From assembly GCA_026004395.1 (NCBI GenBank), contig BPJB01000001.1:841226-905225 (forward strand): a stretch of DNA of 64,000 bases, read 5' to 3'. The position numbers and the translations under genes were made by a program. Origin of the DNA: Patescibacteria group bacterium (GTDB lineage: Bacteria > Patescibacteriota > Microgenomatia > Levybacterales > UBA12049). Below, piece by piece: positions 41,686 to 51,172 of the stretch. Every line of letters starts with the position of its first letter. Within the stretch, counting starts at the first letter, position 1. A model generated the notes under the pieces. It was not told the DNA's origin and did no database searches. It worked only from the letters and a program-made list of their open reading frames with translations.

Positions 41686-42027
41686 GGTATCGTCACCTGG
41701 AAGGTGAAACACAGCTGATGAAACAATTGCCTCCTACAGAAAACGTTTCCAGATTGAGGAATGGTTTAAGGATCTAAAACACCAGTTAGGAATTGCAGAG
41801 ATTCAAACAAGACATCTCGCTCGTGTTGAAACTATGCTGTTTCTCCTATGGAGTTTTGCTGGTGGTTGGAAGAGTATAGTCGATGCTTCCAAGTCTCTCA
41901 AAGACAGACTGATTACTGGTGGGAGACAGGTTGCTTCTCTTATCTGGTCTGCCATACGGATTATCAAACACAAAATGATGGGAAAAAACTTCTGGAAAGA
42001 GGTTATCCAGTTGGCTATAGGACCGTA
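41686..42027 (+). pseudogene. 3' fragment of a DDE transposase gene (IS4/IS5/IS701 superfamily C-terminal signature)
   Basis: Translation DETIASYRKRFQIEEWFKDLKHQLGIAEIQTRHLARVETMLFLLWSFAGGW contains the Y-x-x-R-[WF]-x-IE-x-x-F-K-x-LK motif that carries the catalytic E. It is truncated upstream with a frameshift after IVTWKVKHS. Confidence 0.6.
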
Positions 42028-42199
42028 GCTACCAGCCTTAAGATTCTATCCTGCCCAGAGAAATACTGGATGCGGGAGTTTTGTGGTGGGAAGATCACGG
42101 AAAAACCCACCGCATACACTACACTTAGCAAAGTTTCTAAAAATCAGCACTATTGTACCAATTTTCAGCGATGAAAATATCAAAGTGGGGTAATCTCAG

Positions 42200-43720
42200 G
42201 CAATTGCCGGCAGAAGAGGAGACGGGCGAGCGAACGGCACGATTGCCCTTCGCATTCTGGGCGCGTCGGAGAAGACGATTCACTTCTCCGAAGAGAGCGT
42301 CCGCGACTTGATTCGCCCTTTCCTCGACGAATCTGCCAAACGCCTCATCAGTATCGTCGATGAGATGGAGTACTAGGTTGACCACGTTCAGGAACTCAAA
42401 ATCGTTGGCTCCGATCGTGATCGAGACCAGCGTTCGCCGGCCAGCGGCCGATCTCGGTCGGTCGCCGATGACCTTGAGCACCTCGGTTACCTGGTTCCCC
42501 AGCGACTTCGACGGCGGCTGCTGTCTGCACAACCCCAATGCCCTGTTCCTCCAAGCGGTCGCGCCAGAACAGATCATATCGTAGAAGTTAACCTTCTCGT
42601 GCCGTTTCTGAAGCATGCGGGAGAACCCGTCGGGGGTACGAATCCAGAGACTGCCGGCACTGCTCGCCGCTGTCCCGAAGGCCATGGCCCAAGGCGATCG
42701 AGTCGCCGAGAGCGAAGTAATCGATCTCGCTCTGTGCCGACGAACAGGTGCCATTCACGCATCTTTGCTTACTTTCGCAGACGTTGCCACACGCCCCTCA
42801 GTTCTGGGGGTCGGAGGACGTGTCGACGCAGATGCCGGCGCACGGCTTCTTGCCGCTCAAGCAGCGCCTGCATTTGCCTTCGATGAAAACCGTCCCGCAG
42901 CGGCAGGCCTCGATGTCCATCCCCGAGTGCCACCATTCTTCGTCTCCCTCAGCGGGGATTACTCCCCACCTCTTCACCCATTCCTCCCACGGTTCCACGG
43001 TCGGATTCGCTTCTGGTTCCACGGCGTAACTCTCCTGTAAGAGTCTGTTTCAAAACCTCTCGGGAGCTCGGTGTGCATCTGAACGTTAACCACATCTTGG
43101 AAAACGATAGGTTCGGGGGGGTTCATACTTCAGGTTCTTCGGATATCGTCGCTCGTTGACGTCGCCGGAAAGTGTTTTCTGTGGTATAATTTACTTCGGC
43201 AGGGGCGAAACGGCGTTAGATCGCCGTCACGGCTGGGAGTGATCGCCAGCCGTCCGAAAGCTTGCGGGTAATCGGCCGGGATTCCTAGGAAAGCTTGGAC
43301 CCTTCTGGGTAAAACGAGCCGCAAGACGGCAGGTGCAGCATGATGGGCGCACGTCCCATCCACCCCGCCTAAGAGAAGCAGCCCACCGAGTTGGCTCGTG
43401 GGCTGCCGCCTAGATCCTTATTCGGTTACTTGCGCGGAATGTACTTGCTCGGGATGATGATGTCCTGCCGGCCGAACGGACCGCCCCTACATCATGCAGC
43501 GTCCCATGGACGCCCCAGATTTGGTCGCCACGGCGGTCATAGCACATGTGCGCACCGTCGGTGAAGATGCTCACGTGTTGCCAGCCGCCCGGCCTGAATT
43601 CGATCTGCCCGCCCTTTGCCCCTGGAGGAAGAAGGTTCCCTCCGAAGGAAGCGTTTTGACCTGAGCCAGCCATTTCCCGACTCCTGCGGAAAAGGGATGT
43701 GACCCCGGCGGTTTATGGAA
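42200..43720. other. GC-rich (~60% vs ~35% background) foreign island with only fragmentary coding potential
   Basis: Abrupt composition shift; ORFs open in nearly all six frames. The minus strand encodes a GDSL/SGNH-hydrolase-like fragment (LVSITIGANDFEF) and a fragment ending PGGWQHVSIFTDGAHMCYDRRGDQIWGVHGTL, resembling the C-terminal H-X9-DG signature of Planctomycete DUF1559 prepilin-type proteins. Confidence 0.6.
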
Positions 43721-43742
43721 TCGTCACCTGGATGGTGAAACA
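43720..43742. repeat. Direct repeat copy B of atcgtcacctgga(a/t)ggtgaaaca; copy A is at 41689..41711
   Basis: 22/23 identical. Both copies mark the start of the IS4-like transposase fragment sequence (IVTW.VK) and bracket the GC-rich island. Confidence 0.7.
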
Positions 43743-43794
43743 GATTCGCTACCTGACAATTTGATAAATGAACTAGATGCGTAAATATAGATAA

Positions 43795-44881
43795 GAGAAG
43801 GGTAATAATGGAGCAAAATTCTCTTTTTCACTCAGATTTTGTAATCCTTCCGCAAAACATATTGCTATTCCACAGAAGTGGACGTTTTTAAGAGGTGTTG
43901 GAAAAGATATTCTTTCAGAAAAAGCACGGGACAAGCTGGAATGGATAATCTACTATAATACCATTGCCAAAAAGCATGCTTTATATACAGCATCATATTT
44001 TGGGATTAGTCCTAAAACATTACATAAGTGGCTGACACGATTTGATGAAAAGAATCTTTCCTCTTTGGAAGAACAAGCCAGAAGACAGCAGAAGGTGAGA
44101 TCCTGGATAGTCACCAAAGAGGAAGAAATAAATATTATGAAGTTGAGACAAAGAAATCTAGAACTAGGAAAGAAAAAACTGCAGGTTCTTTATCGGAAAG
44201 AATACGGAGAATATATTTCTACCTGGAAGATTGAGAGAGTAATTAGAAAACACAAGCTCTATTGGGATTAAGTTAAACATGATTACCTGGTTGAAAAAAG
44301 AAGTAAATCTGAACCTAAGATCAGAATCCATACAATCAAGGAACAACTACAACAAATCAAAGAGTTTGGTTTCCTCTGGTATATTGATGCCATCATTATC
44401 TGGTGGTATGGACAAAGAAGGATCATATTTACAGCGATTGAGGAGATAACCAGGATTACCTTCGTCAGATGCTACAAAACCAATACCCTCTGGATTTGCA
44501 GAAGACTTCTTAAAAAGATTGCTGTATTTATCCAATGGAAAGATAAACATCATGTATCAGGATAATGGTAGTGAGTTTAAGGGAGCATCTCAGAGAGCAT
44601 GTCAAACACTTGGCATTATTCAAATCTACTCAAGGCCACATACTCCTCAGGATAATCCTGTCCTTGAGAAGTTTAATGACACAATTCAAAAAGAATGGCT
44701 GGCATTATCTGCTGTGGGGATTGATGACATTGATGAAGCAAACAAAGATCTAACCAACTGGTTGGTCAAATACAACATCTACCGTCTTCATCAAGCCCTT
44801 GATTACAAGATTCAATTGGAGTATGATCAAGAGCACTTCTTTCAAGTATTACCGATGTGGTCAGCCAGAACATCCCCTTGA
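43795..44881 (+). pseudogene. IS481/IS3-type (rve integrase-core) transposase remnant, disrupted by an in-frame stop and a +1 frameshift
   Basis: Frame 1 gives the HTH part (...FGISPKTLHKWLTRFDEKNLSSLEEQARRQQ...KHKLYWD), a TAA at 44269, then the DDE core (EFGFLWYIDAII ... ). A shift to frame 2 gives IMYQDNGSEF...RPHTPQDNPVLEKFNDTIQKE...YNIYRLHQALDY (rve D, D, E). There is no in-frame ATG for the full-length product. Confidence 0.6.
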
Positions 44882-44975
44882 CATCTTTGTTATAGTTTGT
44901 TACTTTATTATTAGTTAATCATTAAAATGTTTCTCTATAAATAGGAATGATTAACTAAGACATACTTCCGAGCTT

Positions 44976-45191
44976 ATGGCTGATCAAAAGATATCAATCA
45001 ATGACCTTCCAGATCTACTCACTGTACGTGAGGTAGCAGAAGTGCTACGAGTTTCTCCTCTTACTATCAAGCGCTGGGGTAAAAGAGGCAAACTTCCAGC
45101 AATCCGTATAAACTCTCGCGGTGACCGCCGTTATAAAAAAGAAGCTGTCCTCTGGTTATTAGGCATTCAAGAAAAAAACAATAACCTTTAA
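44976..45191 (+). CDS. Excisionase/MerR-type helix-turn-helix DNA-binding protein (Xis-like)
   Basis: LLTVREVAEVLRVSPLTIKRWGKRGKLPAIRINSRGDRRYKKEAV fits the excisionase-family HTH_17 pattern; adjacent to IS remnants. Confidence 0.55.
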   Translation: MADQKISINDLPDLLTVREVAEVLRVSPLTIKRWGKRGKLPAIRINSRGDRRYKKEAVLWLLGIQEKNNNL

Positions 45192-45275
45192 TTTTTCTTT
45201 TAACTCCTTTTATTCTTCGTATTTTTTCATCTGTTTTGCTATAATTGCAGCCAACTGCTGAGCAATATTTACAAG

Positions 45276-46067
45276 ATGATAATCGAAAGAAAAATAAACA
45301 GACGAGAAGCTATTACCTACCTAGCAGGCAGTATTGTCTCAACCCAAAATTACATTGACAATCGCTATGAGCCAAAAGAACAACTTGAACAGCGATCTTT
45401 TGAGGTAGTGTCAATCACATTCCATGAAGTTGCAAACAGCGATCAAATGCTTCAGATTATTTATCCCCTGCTTAATGAAGGGTATATTCCTATCTCTATC
45501 AGAGATGTTCTAAAGGCTATCAATAATCAAGTAGATCTTTCCAAGACCAAATCTTTATTGATCACTCTTGATGATGGCTTGAAAAGCCAAAAAAATGCAG
45601 TATTGGCAGCAACTCAGGCTGAAAAATCATGGGGTGTTACTCTCCCTCTTCTTTTTGCTGTGATGACGCAGTTTAATTATTATAACGACGATCAAATTCC
45701 TCTACATACTCCATCGTACAATGATCATGTGCATGAATACTTAACCAAAAAAGACATTCTGCAAATCATCGAAAATCCATCTTTTGATCTAGCTAATCAT
45801 ACGCTCAATCACGCTGATCTGACTAAACTTAATGATGACGATCTTATCGGAGAGTTAACAATTGCGCAGAGAAGGCTATCTATTCTCTATAGCGAAGCAG
45901 GAAGACAAAACACACCAAGAATACTTATCTATCCTTTTGGAAAATATAATCAGCATGTTTTACAAACTGTCTCAGATCTTGATTTTGAAGCAGCTTTCAC
46001 CACCAAAAATGATACATTGTATTCGGCTAAAAAAAGATTGCGTTTGGGAAGAATAGGAAAAACTTAA
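45276..46067 (+). CDS. Polysaccharide deacetylase (CE4 / NodB-homology domain)
   Basis: ITLDDG (the TFDDG-type motif), ANHTLNHADL His motif, YPFG. Confidence 0.6.
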   Translation: MIIERKINRREAITYLAGSIVSTQNYIDNRYEPKEQLEQRSFEVVSITFHEVANSDQMLQIIYPLLNEGYIPISIRDVLKAINNQVDLSKTKSLLITLDDGLKSQKNAVLAATQAEKSWGVTLPLLFAVMTQFNYYNDDQIPLHTPSYNDHVHEYLTKKDILQIIENPSFDLANHTLNHADLTKLNDDDLIGELTIAQRRLSILYSEAGRQNTPRILIYPFGKYNQHVLQTVSDLDFEAAFTTKNDTLYSAKKRLRLGRIGKT

Positions 46068-46086
46068 GGGAAAATACACTCAATAA

Positions 46087-48204
46087 CTATTTAACGTAGG
46101 TTAATCTGATATAAAAAGCTCCACTCTTCCAAGATGGACTATTCACATAAGTAGAATATTTCAGAAAATCCAAATCTGAGTAACTAGTCTGTGTCGTCCC
46201 ATAAAAAACAGGTGCAGCAGAATTATCAAACCTTAAGATATAATAAGCATTTGCTTTCAAAGCAAGATTGACAGTTGCATAATACCACGAAGATGATACA
46301 CCAGCTGAGGTTGTATTGGCAATTTCACGACCAAATGTACCTGTGCTATCTGACTCATACAGCACAAAACGTGTACTGCTGCCACAACGATAGCACTCAA
46401 CTTTTTTAAGAGTCATATCATTTTTAACTCTAAAAAGAGTGCGTTTAGAATCGTATGTATTAAAGTACGAAAGATTGGTCAGGCTAGGATAGGAACTCTG
46501 AACAAAAGTTTGTTGGACAGACGTTGTAGGTGTTGGGGTGGGAGTTGGTGTTGGTGTAGGCATAGGTGTAGCTGTAGGCGTTGGTGTTAATGTAGGTGTT
46601 GGTGTCGGTGTTAGAACAACTGTAGGTGTTGGTGTCGGTGTCGGTGTTGGAATAATTGTTGGTGTTGGAGTAGGAGTTACTTGTGCTGAGCCGGAAGAAA
46701 TAGTATAGACAACTGTTGCCTGATTGTTGCCGTATGTTGCCTCTTTACCTGTTTGTCCGTTATTAAGATAAATTCTTGCTGTATATGTACCCTCGATATC
46801 CTTAGACCATGATTTACCATTGGGAAAGAAAGATCTATCAGCACTTACTGGACTAGCATCAAACGAAACAGTACTAAATCCGGGAATTTCTGCCACTTTA
46901 AGATATACATTCACATCCGAGGAAGTATTTTTCAGAATAGGATCTGGCGCATCAGACATGACAGGTGATGTCATTGTACCGCTGACGACGCGCACCGGGC
47001 GATAACCAAGGTTACGTACTTTAATACGAGGATAGATCTGTCTTCCCGGAGGAAATACTGTCCTCTCTACTCCATCGCTATCTGTAAGTGCAAATTTTTC
47101 TACCACTAAATCTCCATAGCTATCTCCTGATGGAAGAGGTATCTCAACACCTGCTTTAATCGGTTTTCCAAAAACAGGAGCACCAGTTGATCCCCAAGTA
47201 AATTTTTGAGCTCTGATTGTCCTTTTCTCAGAAGAGCTAGTAGTATTGCGGGCATGATAAATAATCCAATCCTCTGTACCATCTGGTGACTTGGTAAATG
47301 CATTGTGTCCCGGACCATATACCCCATCTGTTTGCTTGAAAACAGGAGAAGATCTTTTGGACCAAGATGAAGGATTTAGCACCTTACCATTACTATTGGT
47401 GATCATCCCTAAACAATAATCAGGAGTAGCAAAAAAACTAGCTGAGTAAGTAATAAATGTTTTGCCATTTCTCTGGAGTACAGCTGGTCCTTCAACTATA
47501 CCAAATGTTGTACCATTCCATCCCTTCTTCTCCCAAGAATAAGTAGCCTGTACTATTGATACACGATTGCCACTTATAGTATAGGGATTGCTCATGGGCG
47601 CTATATAAATTTGTTGCCATGCTGTCAGATCCGTCCCCGGTCGTCCCGACCAGACGAAATACAGTTTGCCATCAGTGTGTCGAAATACTGTACCATCAAT
47701 AGCCCAAGCATTAGGAGCATTGGGTGGAGCGATTTTGCCTTTAAATGTATATGGACCCTGTGCATCCTGAGTCTGTGATTCCAAAACGTACATCCTATGA
47801 TAATGATCATCCCCATTATCAGCTGCAAAGTAAATATACCATCTGCCATCTAGATAATGAATTTCAGGTGCCCAGACATTGCAGCAATACATCGTTCCTG
47901 CCGGAGCAGTCCAGACGACTACTGGTTTGGCATATTTTAGATCAACTGGCGATTCTGTCTTCCAAACTGTTATTTTGCTACCTTCTGTTTTGACAAAGTA
48001 ATAATAACCATCTTTATAAAATATGTGTGGATCAGCGCCAGTCATTAGAGGATTAGTAAATGTCTGAGTTGATGCCTGAACAGGATGAGTTGAATTTCCT
48101 ACGGCAGATACCCCCAAGATAAGTAGGGCAAGAGAAAGAAAAAAGATAATTCCTTTTTTAGTAAACATATAAATCTGCTTAAATTCCCAAGGATTATATA
48201 ACAA
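46087..48204 (-). CDS. Secreted GH43-family glycoside hydrolase with CARDB-like domain, long PT linker and C-terminal beta-rich domain (probable start at 48168)
   Basis: GADPHIFYKDGYYYFV and WAPEIHYLDGRWYIYFAA five-bladed-propeller GH43 signatures. The CARDB-like segment (RQIYPRIKVRNLGYRP...TYTARIYLNNGQ...NNQATVVYT) is paralogous to the one in 24121..25365. 50-aa TPTPTP linker. Confidence 0.65.
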   Translation of the reverse strand: MLYNPWEFKQIYMFTKKGIIFFLSLALLILGVSAVGNSTHPVQASTQTFTNPLMTGADPHIFYKDGYYYFVKTEGSKITVWKTESPVDLKYAKPVVVWTAPAGTMYCCNVWAPEIHYLDGRWYIYFAADNGDDHYHRMYVLESQTQDAQGPYTFKGKIAPPNAPNAWAIDGTVFRHTDGKLYFVWSGRPGTDLTAWQQIYIAPMSNPYTISGNRVSIVQATYSWEKKGWNGTTFGIVEGPAVLQRNGKTFITYSASFFATPDYCLGMITNSNGKVLNPSSWSKRSSPVFKQTDGVYGPGHNAFTKSPDGTEDWIIYHARNTTSSSEKRTIRAQKFTWGSTGAPVFGKPIKAGVEIPLPSGDSYGDLVVEKFALTDSDGVERTVFPPGRQIYPRIKVRNLGYRPVRVVSGTMTSPVMSDAPDPILKNTSSDVNVYLKVAEIPGFSTVSFDASPVSADRSFFPNGKSWSKDIEGTYTARIYLNNGQTGKEATYGNNQATVVYTISSGSAQVTPTPTPTIIPTPTPTPTPTVVLTPTPTPTLTPTPTATPMPTPTPTPTPTPTTSVQQTFVQSSYPSLTNLSYFNTYDSKRTLFRVKNDMTLKKVECYRCGSSTRFVLYESDSTGTFGREIANTTSAGVSSSWYYATVNLALKANAYYILRFDNSAAPVFYGTTQTSYSDLDFLKYSTYVNSPSWKSGAFYIRLTYVK

Positions 48205-48471
48205 ATCGTAATTATATGCAAGAGCTTAATCTAGCTAAGAAGCGGCAACATTTACTGAATTCTTGCTCAATATAATCTAATGTTTAAAAGAATCAATCAA
48301 CAAGATGAATGCCGTAGAATTAATACTTTAAAGACAAATTACTGAAGTATTTATTTTTGAGTATTTTACAATTACAAACTTAAAACAATTACACTTTTCT
48401 TATATTTACATACTAAATTAAAAGAGAAATTGAAAATCAATTTCTAAATTTGAAAGATTAAAATTTAAAGG

Positions 48472-49905
48472 TTGCTTAATATTATAGGATATAATATAAT
48501 TGTAATAAATATGAGTAGTGAACTTGGACGATTTTTCCATGATCAGGAGAGAATACTCCACCGCACAGGAGAGTATGCGCAAGCCTTGCGATTGCATACA
48601 AATCGATTTATTGGTTATATCTCTAAGTATCCAGAAGTCACTGGCGTTGTGGGTCTAGGATTCCCTTTCTATCTGCCTCGCAATATCTCAGATAGCGTAC
48701 AAATTACAGAAATGAACCGTTTTACTCAAGAAAAGAAAAGTACTCTTACTGCAGAATCTTTGCAGAATTGGAGATGTCCAACCTGTTTTAGTGAAAATGA
48801 ACTTCAAGGCACACGCAATCAGCAATGCAAAAACTGTGCCCTAGAAAAATTTAAGCCTAGCGATATCCAAAAAACATATATTGACCTTGACTTGCTTTGT
48901 TTAATCTCAGGCGATGAACAATCCTGTCGCAAGACTGCAGAAAAAATTGCTTTTGATATGAGAATGGGTCTTTTCCCTCCCTTAGATTTAGATCTCAATG
49001 CCAGTCTTTCACAGTATTCTGCTTTTACTCAATCTCCCTATGAAGTTCCACCCCCTCTTGATCTGCATTTTGTTAGAGCTGAAGAATATTTAGAGGTGAT
49101 AAAAAATATTGGAGATAATCAACCAACAAGTCTGAACGTACTTTCTGCATACGAGAGCCTTAAGTCAGATAATATGCCTTTTGGGATGGGGAGCCTATTT
49201 CTTAGCGAACCAGTAATTTTGGATCAAGAGTTTCTGCAAGCTGTCAATGAGAAACGTAATCAACTTCTTGATCAACATGAAGGTGCGCAACAAGTCTTGG
49301 AAAAGATTAAAATTTCATCAGGACAGGTACGTAGAATGTTCTCGCAAAAGGATATGCAAGAAGCAATCATCGAAAAAATTGCCTCTCCTCTTCATCTTGC
49401 AGAAAAAACAATTTTGGTATTTGGGACAACAATGCCCAAAAACAGCAAACTTGATGATCAGGATTTACGCAAAACTGAGGCTTTATGGAGGATCATAACC
49501 GCTATTGATCTTGCCAAAAAAACTAATTATCCTATTCTTTTTACAGGATTTGAAAGTGAAGAAATGGCTTCGTGGCTCATAGCTCAAGAACCAAATCTTG
49601 CAGCTAACGTATTTATTGAACCCTTTTCTCACTCAACAGAAGAAAACATCAGAAATGTTGTCTTTTTTGAAAATAAATTAATGACAGATAGATGGATAGG
49701 CGTCTCCAACTCATGGCATCTTGAGAGAATCCGCTGGGTAATACAGCCTAGAACAGGATTTAGATTTACTCCCTATCCAATAGAACAAACAATGCGCACT
49801 CAGGGAGTATCCCAAGATAGAATTCTTAATTTTCAAAAGATACGTTATGAAGAAGAAGCCACAAGAATCCAACAAATGACCGGATATCGCCCATCGTTTG
49901 TTTAA
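48472..49905 (+). CDS. Hypothetical protein with internal CxxC...CxxC zinc ribbon and C-terminal DUF218 (YdcF/SanA/ElyC)-like domain
   Basis: CPTCFSENELQGTRNQQCKNCA; C-terminal ILFTGFESEE...EPFSHSTEENI resembles the DUF218 E..S.NT.EN motif. Confidence 0.4.
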   Translation: MLNIIGYNIIVINMSSELGRFFHDQERILHRTGEYAQALRLHTNRFIGYISKYPEVTGVVGLGFPFYLPRNISDSVQITEMNRFTQEKKSTLTAESLQNWRCPTCFSENELQGTRNQQCKNCALEKFKPSDIQKTYIDLDLLCLISGDEQSCRKTAEKIAFDMRMGLFPPLDLDLNASLSQYSAFTQSPYEVPPPLDLHFVRAEEYLEVIKNIGDNQPTSLNVLSAYESLKSDNMPFGMGSLFLSEPVILDQEFLQAVNEKRNQLLDQHEGAQQVLEKIKISSGQVRRMFSQKDMQEAIIEKIASPLHLAEKTILVFGTTMPKNSKLDDQDLRKTEALWRIITAIDLAKKTNYPILFTGFESEEMASWLIAQEPNLAANVFIEPFSHSTEENIRNVVFFENKLMTDRWIGVSNSWHLERIRWVIQPRTGFRFTPYPIEQTMRTQGVSQDRILNFQKIRYEEEATRIQQMTGYRPSFV

Positions 49906-50094
49906 AATTAATGTTCTCTATTGAAACATTTTTAATAGTAGAACAATGCAAATATTTATTTCTGATTTTAACAGAAAAGTTTTTTTTAAGTTCACAACCA
50001 TAAAACATTTCTTGATAAATAAGAAGACTAAAAAAACGCTCTCCAATAACTTTCGAAAACAGATATTTATAACGACAAAAAAATATTTTCTAAG

Positions 50095-50143
50095 AAATCA
50101 CAAATTCACACTCGAGCGGCTTTTTGTGATTTTCTCTTACAAG
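50095..50143. repeat. REP-like palindromic element, copy 4, with inverted hairpin core (between convergent gene ends)
   Basis: aaatcacaaattcacaCTCGAGcggctttttgtgattttctcttacaag. The hairpin arms equal the reverse complement of copy 1's arms, while the 3' tail (t.ctcttacaa) keeps the same orientation. Confidence 0.75.
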
Positions 50144-50194
50144 TTGGTTTTGAGAGATAAAAATTGATAAAGATAAATAGTTTTTGATATGTTT

Positions 50195-51091
50195 TTATAC
50201 TGTAAGGTGGTATTCTGCCTGATGCTCTTTGAGTATTTTCTCAAAATTAGGTTTGTGGAAATGTTCTTTTATAAACTTGATTGTTTCCTGAGGATTTTGG
50301 GTATTAACAAAGACATTTGTCCCAACCTCAAATCCTCCCAGCGTTTTGTTGCGTGGAATTATTCGCAGATACCAATCTCCTCCGGGGTAGATATAAAAAT
50401 TATATGGAAAATCATTACCATGACGTACATCAAAAATTTTAACAAGTCGAGACAGGATATCTGCAAGATCGTGAATTTGTTCATCAGTTATCTCACCAAA
50501 TATCTGACCATCTTTGCGCGGTGCAATCCATACTTCATCTGGCCAATTAGATGTTTTGGGACAAAAAATTCTAAAATACTCAGTTTTAATACCATCTGGA
50601 ATATCTGATGAAACATACTGAAGACAGGGAATATCAAGAAATACTTTTTCTGGTATTACAACAAGCTGAGTGTGAGGATGAGGAAGACTCTCACCTGCTT
50701 TCTGACCGCGATTGTGAAAAATATAGACCTGACCTTTATAATAATATTCATTAAATTGATGTCTATATACTCCCAACAACAGCTCTATTTGATGCAGATC
50801 TAAACTCTCAAATCCTTTGTGATGATCCGGTGAGTTGATAATCACCTCGTGTATTGGAGCAAAAGGAAATTTATTGGGAATAACTCTAACTTTCCAGTTT
50901 GAGTCAGGATATTTACCCCCAATCCTAAAAATTTCTCTCTCAAGATGCTCGCGGCCAGGACAAAACGGACAAGGAGGCTCAATACCATTGGCAATGTCTG
51001 GACGTTTTGCGCGTCGCGGTGCTGATATGACCCAGCGCTTGGAAAGTGAATTTTTGATGAAAGTAAAATCAGGCATTATAAAAAATTGCAA
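50195..51091 (-). CDS. galT: Galactose-1-phosphate uridylyltransferase (HIT-family GalT)
   Basis: CPFCPG zinc site and HPHTQ active-site His-Pro-His; 298 aa. Confidence 0.75.
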   Translation of the reverse strand: MQFFIMPDFTFIKNSLSKRWVISAPRRAKRPDIANGIEPPCPFCPGREHLEREIFRIGGKYPDSNWKVRVIPNKFPFAPIHEVIINSPDHHKGFESLDLHQIELLLGVYRHQFNEYYYKGQVYIFHNRGQKAGESLPHPHTQLVVIPEKVFLDIPCLQYVSSDIPDGIKTEYFRIFCPKTSNWPDEVWIAPRKDGQIFGEITDEQIHDLADILSRLVKIFDVRHGNDFPYNFYIYPGGDWYLRIIPRNKTLGGFEVGTNVFVNTQNPQETIKFIKEHFHKPNFEKILKEHQAEYHLTV

Positions 51092-51172
51092 ATTATAATA
51101 CTAAGATAGAATTAGCAATCTCCTACTGTTTTTATTAAAAGTAATATTTGCAAAAAATGCAAATAACTCAAG

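Noticed and set aside
42137-43673. Long ORFs in all frames of the GC-rich island (42137..42754, 42615..43040, 42748..43029, 42798..43022, 43130..43363, 43410..43673)
   Set aside because: High GC suppresses stops so every frame is open; only fragmentary family signatures; treated as a non-functional foreign fragment rather than genes.
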